Below the pieces are notes generated by a model, which saw only the letters and a list, made by a program, of their open reading frames with translations, did no database searches and was not told where the DNA came from. Shown piece by piece: positions 8,054 through 16,069 of a DNA stretch of 20,000 nucleotides. The DNA lies in IMG/VR virus record IMGVR_UViG_3300033475_000017; one strand, given 5' to 3'. Every line of letters begins with the position of its first letter. Position 1 is the stretch's first letter. Both the position numbers and the translations under genes were made by a program. Source of the stretch: an uncultured virus (IMG/VR IMGVR_UViG_3300033475_000017). Taxonomy: Duplodnaviria; Heunggongvirae; Uroviricota; Caudoviricetes.

Positions 8054-8059
8054 TAGGCC

Positions 8060-9202
8060 ATGGTGCTTCGTCTTTCGACGTTCCCGAGCGACGTCCGCGG
8101 GGTCGGGCTCGCCGGGCTTAGTACATCGACCAATGCGGCCATAACCGCAGCCGACAACGTGCTGTCGGCATTTGGAAAGTTGCAGGCACAGATCACGGCG
8201 GTATCTGCCACTGCCGCCGCTGCGCTACCAAAGTCTGGCGGCACGATGACGGGTGCGATCACGCTATCGGCAGATCCGGCATCGGCTCTACAACCGGCGA
8301 CAAAGCAATACGTTGACGCACGCATAGCCACGACGATAGCGGCCAACAACACATTTGCGAACACCACATATACCAACATATTCCCTGGACAGACTTTTAA
8401 CGACGGCCTCCAGGGAACAAATATAATAACCTCTAGTTCTCCCGTATTGGGGCAATACACTGGATTAGCCGGCTATGTCCGGAGTCAACAGTCACAATCT
8501 AGCGGGAACCAAAACGGCGTAGCGCTATTCGGCGCCGCATCTGCGGAAGTCAACGGAGCGGCAGTTTGGGGTGTCAATACACTTCTGCAAGATAGTGCAT
8601 CGAGAGCGATCGGGTCCGGTACTGGGCGCATTCTTATCGGATATGAGGTCGATATAAATGTTATGTGCCCAGGCACGCAGATAATCGGATGTAGCGTCGG
8701 TGGTAATGGTTTATCTCAGCCAGGTAGCTCCAACGGCTACATTGTCAACTCACTAGGTAGCGGCATCAAATGGGGTGGCGGATTCGTGACGGAAGATGGC
8801 GCAGCGAATTACGCCCTCGCTATCGGTGCATCGTCGGCTGTAGCGGGGGCAAACTACTCCTCGCAGATCGTCGCCTTTAGCTTCTACGACAAGAACAGCG
8901 CCAAACAGTCTGCTACCATCCAGATGACCAGTGTTCCTGGGACGGCTGAAGGTGATTTTCTTATTGGTGGATCGGTACCGGTTGCGCTGACGATGCTCAA
9001 CGGCAACATCAACATCACCAACGCTGGATTCCTCACGATCGGAGGCAACACCGTTGTCGGTCCCCGCGTCACGGGCATGGGAGCCGTCACAGGAGGTTCC
9101 AACCTTGCCTTCAATGCGGCCACTGCCACGCTTCAGCAAACGGCAGGAGCAGCAGCCTACGCCCTACAGGTTTTGATCAATCATGGACTGCTAGGACCAT
9201 AG
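8060..9202 (+). CDS. Fibre/spike-like putative receptor-binding protein (380 aa)
   Basis: N-terminal fibre motifs 'L.GLS.....AI.A.D.VL.AFGKLQAQI' and 'LPKSGGTMTG.ITL..DP...LQ.ATKQYVD', then a G/S/A/N-rich beta domain with visibly lower GC, and a C-terminal 'VVG.R.TG.......F...T.TL.......AL..L..HGLLG' helix. Confidence 0.75.
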   Translation: MVLRLSTFPSDVRGVGLAGLSTSTNAAITAADNVLSAFGKLQAQITAVSATAAAALPKSGGTMTGAITLSADPASALQPATKQYVDARIATTIAANNTFANTTYTNIFPGQTFNDGLQGTNIITSSSPVLGQYTGLAGYVRSQQSQSSGNQNGVALFGAASAEVNGAAVWGVNTLLQDSASRAIGSGTGRILIGYEVDINVMCPGTQIIGCSVGGNGLSQPGSSNGYIVNSLGSGIKWGGGFVTEDGAANYALAIGASSAVAGANYSSQIVAFSFYDKNSAKQSATIQMTSVPGTAEGDFLIGGSVPVALTMLNGNINITNAGFLTIGGNTVVGPRVTGMGAVTGGSNLAFNAATATLQQTAGAAAYALQVLINHGLLGP

Positions 9203-9203
9203 A

Positions 9204-9446
9204 ATGGATAAGAACACTGCTGCCAACGCGCTGAACTTTCTTCAACGCGCACAACTAACTGGTAACGAGGTGGCGGCCTTTGTGGAGGTCACCCAAGCAC
9301 TACATGCTATCGCCACCGGTCTAGTGGCGGTCAGCAAGCCTGTCCCGCAGGAACTGGCAGAAGAGCACCCGGCGTTGCACAACCAGCGCAGCCCTCGCAA
9401 AACGAGATCGGATGCGACGTCGGAGCCCGCAGCAGTAGCATCGTAG
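9204..9446 (+). CDS. Small protein downstream of fibre, possible fibre chaperone/assembly factor
   Basis: Starts 1 nt after the fibre stop, with RBS AGGA. Helical N-terminus 'ALNFLQRAQLTGNEVAAFVEVTQAL'. The role is inferred from position only. Confidence 0.55.
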   Translation: MDKNTAANALNFLQRAQLTGNEVAAFVEVTQALHAIATGLVAVSKPVPQELAEEHPALHNQRSPRKTRSDATSEPAAVAS

Positions 9447-9482
9447 GCAACTCAGCGAAGCTCACCCGCGATCCATTGGGCT

Positions 9483-9512
9483 TTGCACGGGCGAATGGAT
9501 TGCTGCTATAGG
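9483..9512 (+). promoter_or_regulatory. Candidate sigma70-type promoter upstream of tail sheath
   Basis: TTGCAC (9483-9488)-N16-GCTATA (9505-9510) lies in the largest intergenic gap of the window. It resembles the alphaproteobacterial TTGAC..GCTANA consensus. Confidence 0.4.
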
Positions 9513-9544
9513 GCAATTGTTACCCTTTGCAGCGAGGCGCGGGC

Positions 9545-11518
9545 ATGGCTTCCATTATTCCAGCGGGCCAATTCAACCCGGCATCGCTTCAGGCTTCTGG
9601 CTTCTACATCACGATCACGAACCCGCCGAGCTACATCACGGGCGTTCCGACTGATGTGGTGGGCATGGTGGGCACCGCGAGTTGGGGTCCGGTCAACACG
9701 CCGGTAAGCCTGGGTAGCGGGCAGGCCGCACAACAGGCGTTTGGTCCCATGTCGGCCGCGTCTCTGACCGATCCATTCGACCTCGCGACGGACCTTTCGT
9801 TGGCGTTCCAGCAGAGCGTCAGCCAGGCATCGCTGCAGGCATGGGCCGTGCGCGTGACCGACGGCACGGACACCGCCGCATCGGCTTCGCTGGCCGGCGC
9901 CGCGTCCGCAGCCGCCGCCACCGCCACGATCGCCGGCACGATCACCGCCGGCAACACCGTCAGCCTGACCGCCACCAGCACCGCCATAACCGGCAGCCCG
10001 ATCACGGTCACCTATACCGTCCAGTCGACGGACACGATCAGCACCATCGCCGCCGCGCTCGGGAAACTGGTCAACAACAACGCCGCGCTGGCCGCCGCCA
10101 GGATCAGTGCTGTCGTGGCCGCTGCCGTCATCTCGCTGTACGCACCGACCACGCTGACCCCGGCGGTTGTCTGGACCGGCGCGGCGGGCGGCACGTCGCC
10201 GACCGAAACGGTGACCATCGGCACCGGGACGGCAACCACCGTCGGCGCCGTCGTGGCGATGCGCTACACGGGCACCGGCGGCAACTCGGCGTCCGGCAGC
10301 GCGCAGATGACGGTCGCGGCTGGCGTCGCCGCCAACACGTTCAATGTCGCGATCGTTCCCCCGTTCGGCGGCAATTCCGAAATCTACCTGGGCCTGCCGA
10401 GCGCTGGCTTCTGGCCGGCACTCAAGGCAGCGTTGAACCGCGGCATGTCGCCGGCACGTGGCCCGTCGGCCATCGTCTCGATCCCGGGCACCGCGAATGC
10501 CGCGGTTGGCGCTCCGACACCCGGCACGTTCACGTTCGCCGGCGGTACGGACGGCCGCAGCGGCGTTACCACCGCCACCCTGATTGGCAGCAACACCGCC
10601 CAGCCGATGACGGGCCTGTGGTCACTGAGCAACCTGAACCCGGGCGTTGGCATCGCATGGATCGTCGGCTGCACGGACCCGAGCAGCTTCCAGTCGTTGC
10701 TGCAGTTCGGGCAGTCGAATTCGGCGAGCGTCCTGGCATCCATGCCGTCCGGCACGAGCACCGCCGCCGCGCAAGCCGCGGTGCAGACCAACGGCATCGC
10801 CGATCCGGCGTTCAACTATGTCAAAGACTGGATCTACTTCTTTGACACGGCGAACAAGCAGCAGCGCCTGGTGCCCCCGACTGCTGTGATCGGCGGCATG
10901 TGGGCAACATACGCACCGCAGAACAGCCCCGACAACAAGGCGGTTCTTGGCGTCGTCGGCACCGAGCGGAACAACCCGCAGACCGGCAATCAGCCCTACA
11001 CGCTGGCCGAGATCGGGCAGCTTCAGAGCGCCGGCATCACGATCGTCACGAACCCGATCAATGCCGGCAGCTTCTGGGGCACCTGGGGCGGCCGGTCGAC
11101 CTCGCAAGACCCCGCGACGCAGCCCAGCGAATACTGGCGCATGACATCGTTCATCGCGCGGTCCCTCGCGGGCTTCGGTGGGAAATATGTCGGCCAACTC
11201 CAGAGCCAGCAGCTTTCCGATCCGCTGCGCCGCCAGGTGAAGGCCGAGCTGAACCAGTTCTTCAACACGCTGTTCGGGCTGGGGATGATCGACACGCTGG
11301 CGAGCGGCGGCGGCCCGGCTGCGGTGGTGCTGTGTGAGTTGAACACCGCGCCCAACGCATCGCCCGGCTACGGCATGAACACGCCGAGTTCGATCAGCCA
11401 GCACTTCATGTTTTCCATGTGCCAGGTGCTCTACCTGTCCAGCGTATGGTACTTCGTGCTGGCGCTGCAGGGCGGAACAACCGTCACGGTGAACGTGATC
11501 CAGGGGCAATCGGCGTAA
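9545..11518 (+). CDS. Contractile tail sheath protein (657 aa)
   Basis: N-terminal 'GFYI....PP..ITGVPT..VG.VGTASWGPVN.PV', 'AVRVTDGTD.AA', 'F.GGTDG', 'DWIYF.D..N...RLVPP', and C-terminal 'R....IARSL....G.YVG' are sheath-family motifs. ATG 9545 follows GAGG. Confidence 0.93.
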   Translation: MASIIPAGQFNPASLQASGFYITITNPPSYITGVPTDVVGMVGTASWGPVNTPVSLGSGQAAQQAFGPMSAASLTDPFDLATDLSLAFQQSVSQASLQAWAVRVTDGTDTAASASLAGAASAAAATATIAGTITAGNTVSLTATSTAITGSPITVTYTVQSTDTISTIAAALGKLVNNNAALAAARISAVVAAAVISLYAPTTLTPAVVWTGAAGGTSPTETVTIGTGTATTVGAVVAMRYTGTGGNSASGSAQMTVAAGVAANTFNVAIVPPFGGNSEIYLGLPSAGFWPALKAALNRGMSPARGPSAIVSIPGTANAAVGAPTPGTFTFAGGTDGRSGVTTATLIGSNTAQPMTGLWSLSNLNPGVGIAWIVGCTDPSSFQSLLQFGQSNSASVLASMPSGTSTAAAQAAVQTNGIADPAFNYVKDWIYFFDTANKQQRLVPPTAVIGGMWATYAPQNSPDNKAVLGVVGTERNNPQTGNQPYTLAEIGQLQSAGITIVTNPINAGSFWGTWGGRSTSQDPATQPSEYWRMTSFIARSLAGFGGKYVGQLQSQQLSDPLRRQVKAELNQFFNTLFGLGMIDTLASGGGPAAVVLCELNTAPNASPGYGMNTPSSISQHFMFSMCQVLYLSSVWYFVLALQGGTTVTVNVIQGQSA

Positions 11519-11541
11519 GCGCCTGACAGGGGACAACGACT

Positions 11542-12033
11542 ATGGCAATCTCGATCCAGGGGTTCAATGTCGGAACCGATGCGTCGTTCGTGATCACCGA
11601 TAATTTCGGTGACATCATCATGGACAGCGACATGGGCTACCTCGATGACTTTTCCACCGAGAGCACCGACATCGATCTGAAGGTCACACCGATCACCACC
11701 GGCGGCGTCCCGATCTACCAGACGATTTGGAATGGCGGCACTGGCAGCGCGACCTATACGCGGTTCGGGCCCACCTTCCAGCAAATCTTCATGGACCTGA
11801 TGGCGAGCTATTACGGCTCGGGCACCATCCCGCAGTTCGCGCTGCAACTGGACGTGCGGAACCGGAACGGCCAGGTCGACAGCTACCAGTATTCCGGGAT
11901 GCAGTTCACCCGGCCGCGCTTCGGCAACTTCCGTGCCACACGCGAGGTCGATATGCGTTTCGGCATCAACTGGGCGACATGCACCGGCACCGGGGCGCTG
12001 CAGGCGTTCCTGAATGCCGTGGCGGCCGTCTGA
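11542..12033 (+). CDS. Tail tube protein
   Basis: A 163 aa beta-rich protein immediately after the sheath, with a 'W.GG.GS.T..R' motif. Confidence 0.85.
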   Translation: MAISIQGFNVGTDASFVITDNFGDIIMDSDMGYLDDFSTESTDIDLKVTPITTGGVPIYQTIWNGGTGSATYTRFGPTFQQIFMDLMASYYGSGTIPQFALQLDVRNRNGQVDSYQYSGMQFTRPRFGNFRATREVDMRFGINWATCTGTGALQAFLNAVAAV

Positions 12034-12048
12034 TAATCTGGAGTCCTT

Positions 12049-12600
12049 ATGGCCGTCCAACCGAAGATCACCATCAACACCGATCCGGCTGCCGCCGCCG
12101 CTGCCATTGCTGCAGCCGCCCCAGGCGCCGCGCAGCAGGGGCAGTCAGCGGCCGGTCGCGCCGCTCGCCGTGCGATGGCCGAGCAGGCCCGCAAGGAAGC
12201 GCGAAGTGGCAAGGTGGCAGGCCAGGCTGAAGCTGATCAGGAGAAAGCCGAGGACCAGACGCTTGAACCGCGTGAGCCAATCGACAGCCTGACGTTCGAG
12301 CTGCCGAACGGGTGCATCGTGGAGTTCGGCCCGCCGGTGGGCGAGAGCCTGACCGTGAAGATGCTGCAAATCTACGGCAACCGGGATTTCAGCCGCGCCG
12401 AAGAAGACATCACCTGGACCATGTGCTGCCTCCGGACTGTGGACGAGAAGCCCGTGCGGATCGGGAACACGATCGACCGGGACAAATGGATCACGGTCAT
12501 CGGCGATGAAGGCCTGGGCATCTTGCGAACGACGCTCAATCGTTACTGGCCGCCTCTGCGCCGTTACGATCTGAAGATCATCGAAAAAAAAATGCGCTGA
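12049..12600 (+). CDS. Tail assembly chaperone (lambda gpG-like role)
   Basis: Lies between tube and tape measure; RBS GGAG. It ends on an A9 run (12584-12592; GAA AAA AAA ATG CGC TGA). Confidence 0.8.
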   Translation: MAVQPKITINTDPAAAAAAIAAAAPGAAQQGQSAAGRAARRAMAEQARKEARSGKVAGQAEADQEKAEDQTLEPREPIDSLTFELPNGCIVEFGPPVGESLTVKMLQIYGNRDFSRAEEDITWTMCCLRTVDEKPVRIGNTIDRDKWITVIGDEGLGILRTTLNRYWPPLRRYDLKIIEKKMR

Positions 12601-12766
12601 CCCGCGAACCGGGCGCACGCTGGATCTGCTGAGGGCCGGGTTCCAGTTCGCCGATACTTTGGCGATGGACGAAGAAACGTTGATCTTTTGGTGGTATGCG
12701 GCAATGAAGCATGCCGGTATGCAGATCGACTGGTCCACCGGTGAGGTCAAGGCGCCAAAGACATGA
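12593..12766 (+). CDS. Frameshift extension of tail assembly chaperone (gpT-like); not in the ORF track
   Basis: The frame right after the A9 run reads 'CADPRTGRTLDLLRAGFQFADTLAMDEETLIFWWYAAMKHAGMQIDWSTGEVKAPKT*'. It fills the gap exactly, and its TGA overlaps the next ATG. It is in the +1 (=-2) frame relative to the chaperone. Confidence 0.75.
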   Translation, partial: CADPRTGRTLDLLRAGFQFADTLAMDEETLIFWWYAAMKHAGMQIDWSTGEVKAPKT

Positions 12767-13239
12767 TGACGTTCCGCCAGTTCGCTGAACACATGGAGCG
12801 GGCTGCGGATGCCGTTCCCGAGGCGATTGCCGGCGTCGTTGTGGAAGTGACCGCCCTGGCCGTGGTCCGCGCCAAAGACATGATTGGCACCTATCAGCCC
12901 GGTTGGGATCCGCTACACGAAGCCACGCTGATGGGCTTCTGGCATAAGCGAGGCCCCTACATCCCCGGCAAGAACGAGTTGGGATTTGCGCCACCGGATA
13001 ACCCGCTGCTGCGTGACGGCGGCATGCGCGACTCGATCGAAGGCGAAGCGATCGACAATACCGGCGTGATCGGATCTCCCGAGAAAAAGATGCTCTGGCA
13101 GGAGATGGGCACGCCCAATGCGGACTATCCGATTGAGCCCCGGCCTGTGCTGGCCAAGGCGGTGATGGACTCGATCCCCGACATTGAACGGCTGTGTGGC
13201 GAGGCGATGGTCCGGCTGCTGACCCCGGAGGGCATCTGA
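12763..13239 (+). CDS. HK97 gp10-like / virion morphogenesis (tail completion) protein
   Basis: Motifs 'W.PL...T', 'PLLR.G.MRDSI', 'VIGS.......QEMGT...I.PRP.L..A'. Confidence 0.75.
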   Translation: MMTFRQFAEHMERAADAVPEAIAGVVVEVTALAVVRAKDMIGTYQPGWDPLHEATLMGFWHKRGPYIPGKNELGFAPPDNPLLRDGGMRDSIEGEAIDNTGVIGSPEKKMLWQEMGTPNADYPIEPRPVLAKAVMDSIPDIERLCGEAMVRLLTPEGI

Positions 13240-13240
13240 C

Positions 13241-16069
13241 ATGCCCATCATGAGCTACGAGGTTGGCGCATCGTTCTCGATCCAGGATGAAGCCAGCGGC
13301 CCGCTGATGCGGATGTCCGAGGCCGCCACCGGCCTGGCCGAACGGGCGGAAGCGGTCACCAGCGCGTTCGAGAACCTTGGGCGCGTGTCGTTCGCGCGCA
13401 TGACCAGGCAGCTCGGCGAGCTTGGCGCGACGGCCGAGAAATCCATTCCGGGCGTGGTGCGCAGCGTGGGCGTGCTGACGGCGGCGCTGGCGGATGCCAA
13501 CGCTGCGGCGGTGCGGCTGTCGGACACGATGCTTTCACTGCGCGGCGGCCGCGGCGGCTTGGGCGGCGGTGGAGGCGGGGGCCGCGGCGGCGGCGGTGGA
13601 GGCGGCGACGGAGAGGGCGCTTTCTCCCCGCGCGACGGCTGGAACGAGGCTGCCCGCGAGGCCTATCCGAACGCTCGCTATTGGGACCATGATTACAACC
13701 AAGTCGAGCGGCGCATGCGGGGTGCGGCCGATTACGAGAATCGCGACAACGACTTGATCTATCGCAACCAGCGTGCGCTGGCAGAGCGCGAGGAAGCCGA
13801 CCGGCAGGCGGCCTACATGAACATGCGCCGCGGTGCCGACTATGAGAACGCGGACGAGGACGCGCGCTACCGCAACCAGAGGTCTCTGGCCGAGCGAGAG
13901 AACGCCGACGAAGATGCCCGGTATCGGAGTAGCCGCGGTCTGGCTGAACGTGAGAACCGCGATTTTGATATCCGGCGCCAGGCGGAAGAGCGCGAGCAGG
14001 CGGCAATCAACCGCATGGGTTCGTTCGAGACACGCGACGGTTGGAATTCGGCCTCGCGCGAGGCCTATGCCAATGCCCAGTACGACAACGCCAACTATGA
14101 CCGCATCAACAAGCCGCCGCCTGATCGTGGAGGCGGTATCGGCAGCCATGGCATCTTCAGTGGCATGGCCCCACTCATAGAAGCCGTTGGTGTCTATGGC
14201 TCATACAAGGGGGCGTTGAGCACGCAGCAATCGCTGATGCTGGGCGCCCAGGCGTTCAACGCTGATCCTGGATCCGACCAGGGTAAAGAGATCATGGAGA
14301 TCCTGCGGCGGGCTGCCGCGGATGCCGCGATCGGCACCAGCTTCAGCCAGCAGCAGACTGCGGCCGGCGTGCCGCTGCTGGCACGGCCGTTTGCATTGGA
14401 GGGTGTGCAGGGCGCGCAGGACTTCAGCAAGGTCTACGCGGGCGCGGCGCGATCGGCCGAGGCGGTCGACCTGATGCGGCTCGGCAGCTTCGATGACACG
14501 TTGCAGGCCGCGATCGAATACGCGCACGAGACGCGGACCTATGACCCGCAGAAATTCCAGCACCAAATGGATGTCTTGGGCGCGATCACCACGCTGGTGC
14601 CGCACACGACGTTCGGCGCCGAGGCGCGGACGATGAGCTACATCGTTCCGATGGCGCGGACAGCCGGGATAGACCCGGAAGAGGCTGCGACCGCAACGGG
14701 CTTCCTCCAGCAGGGCGGCCTGCGCGGGACGGTGGCGGCGACGACGTTGCGCCAGATGCTGGTGGGCCTGACGCGCACCGGCGGCCCGATGAACGCACAC
14801 ATGACCAGCATGAGCCGACAGCTATCGCGCGGGCTGCACCTGCAACCGGAGGTGGACAGCCACCTGCGGGGTGGAGCCGGCAGCGCACACGTTCGCGCGC
14901 TGCACGATGTTGGGTATCTCGATGCCGCCGGCAAGCCGACGTTCCTGAATGCGCAGGGCGGCTTCGATCTGGAAAAGGCGATTGATATATTCTCGAAATA
15001 TGCCGCGACGCACACGGCTTACGAGAATGAGACCGAGGCATACGATCTGTTCGGTGTTCGTGGGCAGCAGAGTGTCGAGCTGATTTCAGCCGCGAAGGAA
15101 AACTATCAGGCGTTCAGGGATCGCGTGCACCGGATGACAGACGATCCCGATCATCCATTCCTGCAGACCAAACGCGATGAGTTGAGCCAGGGCGGCTTGC
15201 AGGAGTTCGAGCAGGCGTGGGGGCGCATCAAGGATATCAGCAGCAACCTTGCATATGCGACGTTGCCTGGTTTCCAGGGCGCACTGGAAAAGGGCGTTCT
15301 GCCGGTGCTGAACCGGTTTTTCCAGTGGACGCAGCCGGACGCCGAAGGTCACTTCAGCATCGGCCAGCAGGCTGCCGGCTATGGCGCGGAGGGGGCGGCG
15401 GCTGTCGGTAGCACTCTCGGCATACGCTGGTTGCTGCGAAGCATCTTCGGCCGCGGTGCACAGAGGGTGGTGCCGCAAATATTGGGTGGCGGCGAAGCTG
15501 CTGCCGCTGGCGAAGGTGCGGCCGCCGCCGTCACGACCCTGAGTGTCGGCACGCTGGCGCTGGGCGTGGGTGGCGCCGCTGCGCTGGGTGCTGCCATCTA
15601 TGGCGCCTGGCGTGGGGCGGTGAGCACCGGCACGGACATCGCCAAGCACGGCGAGCAGAACCAGGTGCCGATCGGATTCAACGAGTTCGGCCAGGCCCTG
15701 GGCTATCGGCCGGCGACCGATGCAGAGCTGGCGATGGCCCATCGGAACCTGCCGCCATCATCGCCCGCCGGCGGCGCGCGTGCGGCGGCCGGGCTGCAGG
15801 GCTACATCCCGCCGCCCCCGCCGATCGCCACAACGAGCGAGCAGATCCGGCTACGGCAGTACCAGGAGCAGCACGGGCAGACACCCATTCAGATCAGCGG
15901 CGTCACGGTCAACGTCCCGCCTGGCACGCCCAACGTGGATAGCATCAAGGCGCTGGTCGAAAAGCTGCTTGGAGACTTCGCCCACAAGCTGTCGGAAGCC
16001 ATGACGCACAGCAGCGGAACGGGCGATGGCTCGTTCATGTCGCCAGCGATCGGCGGGGGGATCTTGTAG
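13241..16069 (+). CDS. Tape measure protein (942 aa)
   Basis: Longest ORF, located after the chaperone. It has a TP901-family-like core 'MSYIVPMA..AGI..EE...ATGFL.Q.GLRGTVAATTLRQML', hydrophobic Gly/Ala segments at ~15380-15610, and RBS GGAGG. Confidence 0.9.
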   Translation: MPIMSYEVGASFSIQDEASGPLMRMSEAATGLAERAEAVTSAFENLGRVSFARMTRQLGELGATAEKSIPGVVRSVGVLTAALADANAAAVRLSDTMLSLRGGRGGLGGGGGGGRGGGGGGGDGEGAFSPRDGWNEAAREAYPNARYWDHDYNQVERRMRGAADYENRDNDLIYRNQRALAEREEADRQAAYMNMRRGADYENADEDARYRNQRSLAERENADEDARYRSSRGLAERENRDFDIRRQAEEREQAAINRMGSFETRDGWNSASREAYANAQYDNANYDRINKPPPDRGGGIGSHGIFSGMAPLIEAVGVYGSYKGALSTQQSLMLGAQAFNADPGSDQGKEIMEILRRAAADAAIGTSFSQQQTAAGVPLLARPFALEGVQGAQDFSKVYAGAARSAEAVDLMRLGSFDDTLQAAIEYAHETRTYDPQKFQHQMDVLGAITTLVPHTTFGAEARTMSYIVPMARTAGIDPEEAATATGFLQQGGLRGTVAATTLRQMLVGLTRTGGPMNAHMTSMSRQLSRGLHLQPEVDSHLRGGAGSAHVRALHDVGYLDAAGKPTFLNAQGGFDLEKAIDIFSKYAATHTAYENETEAYDLFGVRGQQSVELISAAKENYQAFRDRVHRMTDDPDHPFLQTKRDELSQGGLQEFEQAWGRIKDISSNLAYATLPGFQGALEKGVLPVLNRFFQWTQPDAEGHFSIGQQAAGYGAEGAAAVGSTLGIRWLLRSIFGRGAQRVVPQILGGGEAAAAGEGAAAAVTTLSVGTLALGVGGAAALGAAIYGAWRGAVSTGTDIAKHGEQNQVPIGFNEFGQALGYRPATDAELAMAHRNLPPSSPAGGARAAAGLQGYIPPPPPIATTSEQIRLRQYQEQHGQTPIQISGVTVNVPPGTPNVDSIKALVEKLLGDFAHKLSEAMTHSSGTGDGSFMSPAIGGGIL
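13631..14083 (+). repeat. Nested repeat block in tape measure: 54-nt (18 aa) tandem units flanked by a 51-nt direct repeat
   Basis: Units ENRDNDLIYRNQRALAER / EEADRQAAYMNMRRGADY / ENADEDARYRNQRSLAER / ENADEDARYRSSRGLAER. Flanks are RDGWNEAAREAYPNARY (13631) and RDGWNSASREAYANAQY (14033). Confidence 0.9.

Noticed and set aside
8051..8062. In-frame fusion of the two large fibre genes
   Set aside because: They are in frame but separated by tandem stops (TAA TAG), so readthrough is unlikely.
8060..9446. Diversity-generating retroelement or invertible fibre cassette
   Set aside because: No reverse transcriptase, invertase, adenine-mismatched repeat pair or inverted crossover sites are visible in the window.
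13631..14083. CRISPR-like array
   Set aside because: The repeats are degenerate at synonymous positions, in frame and protein-coding, with no unique spacers.
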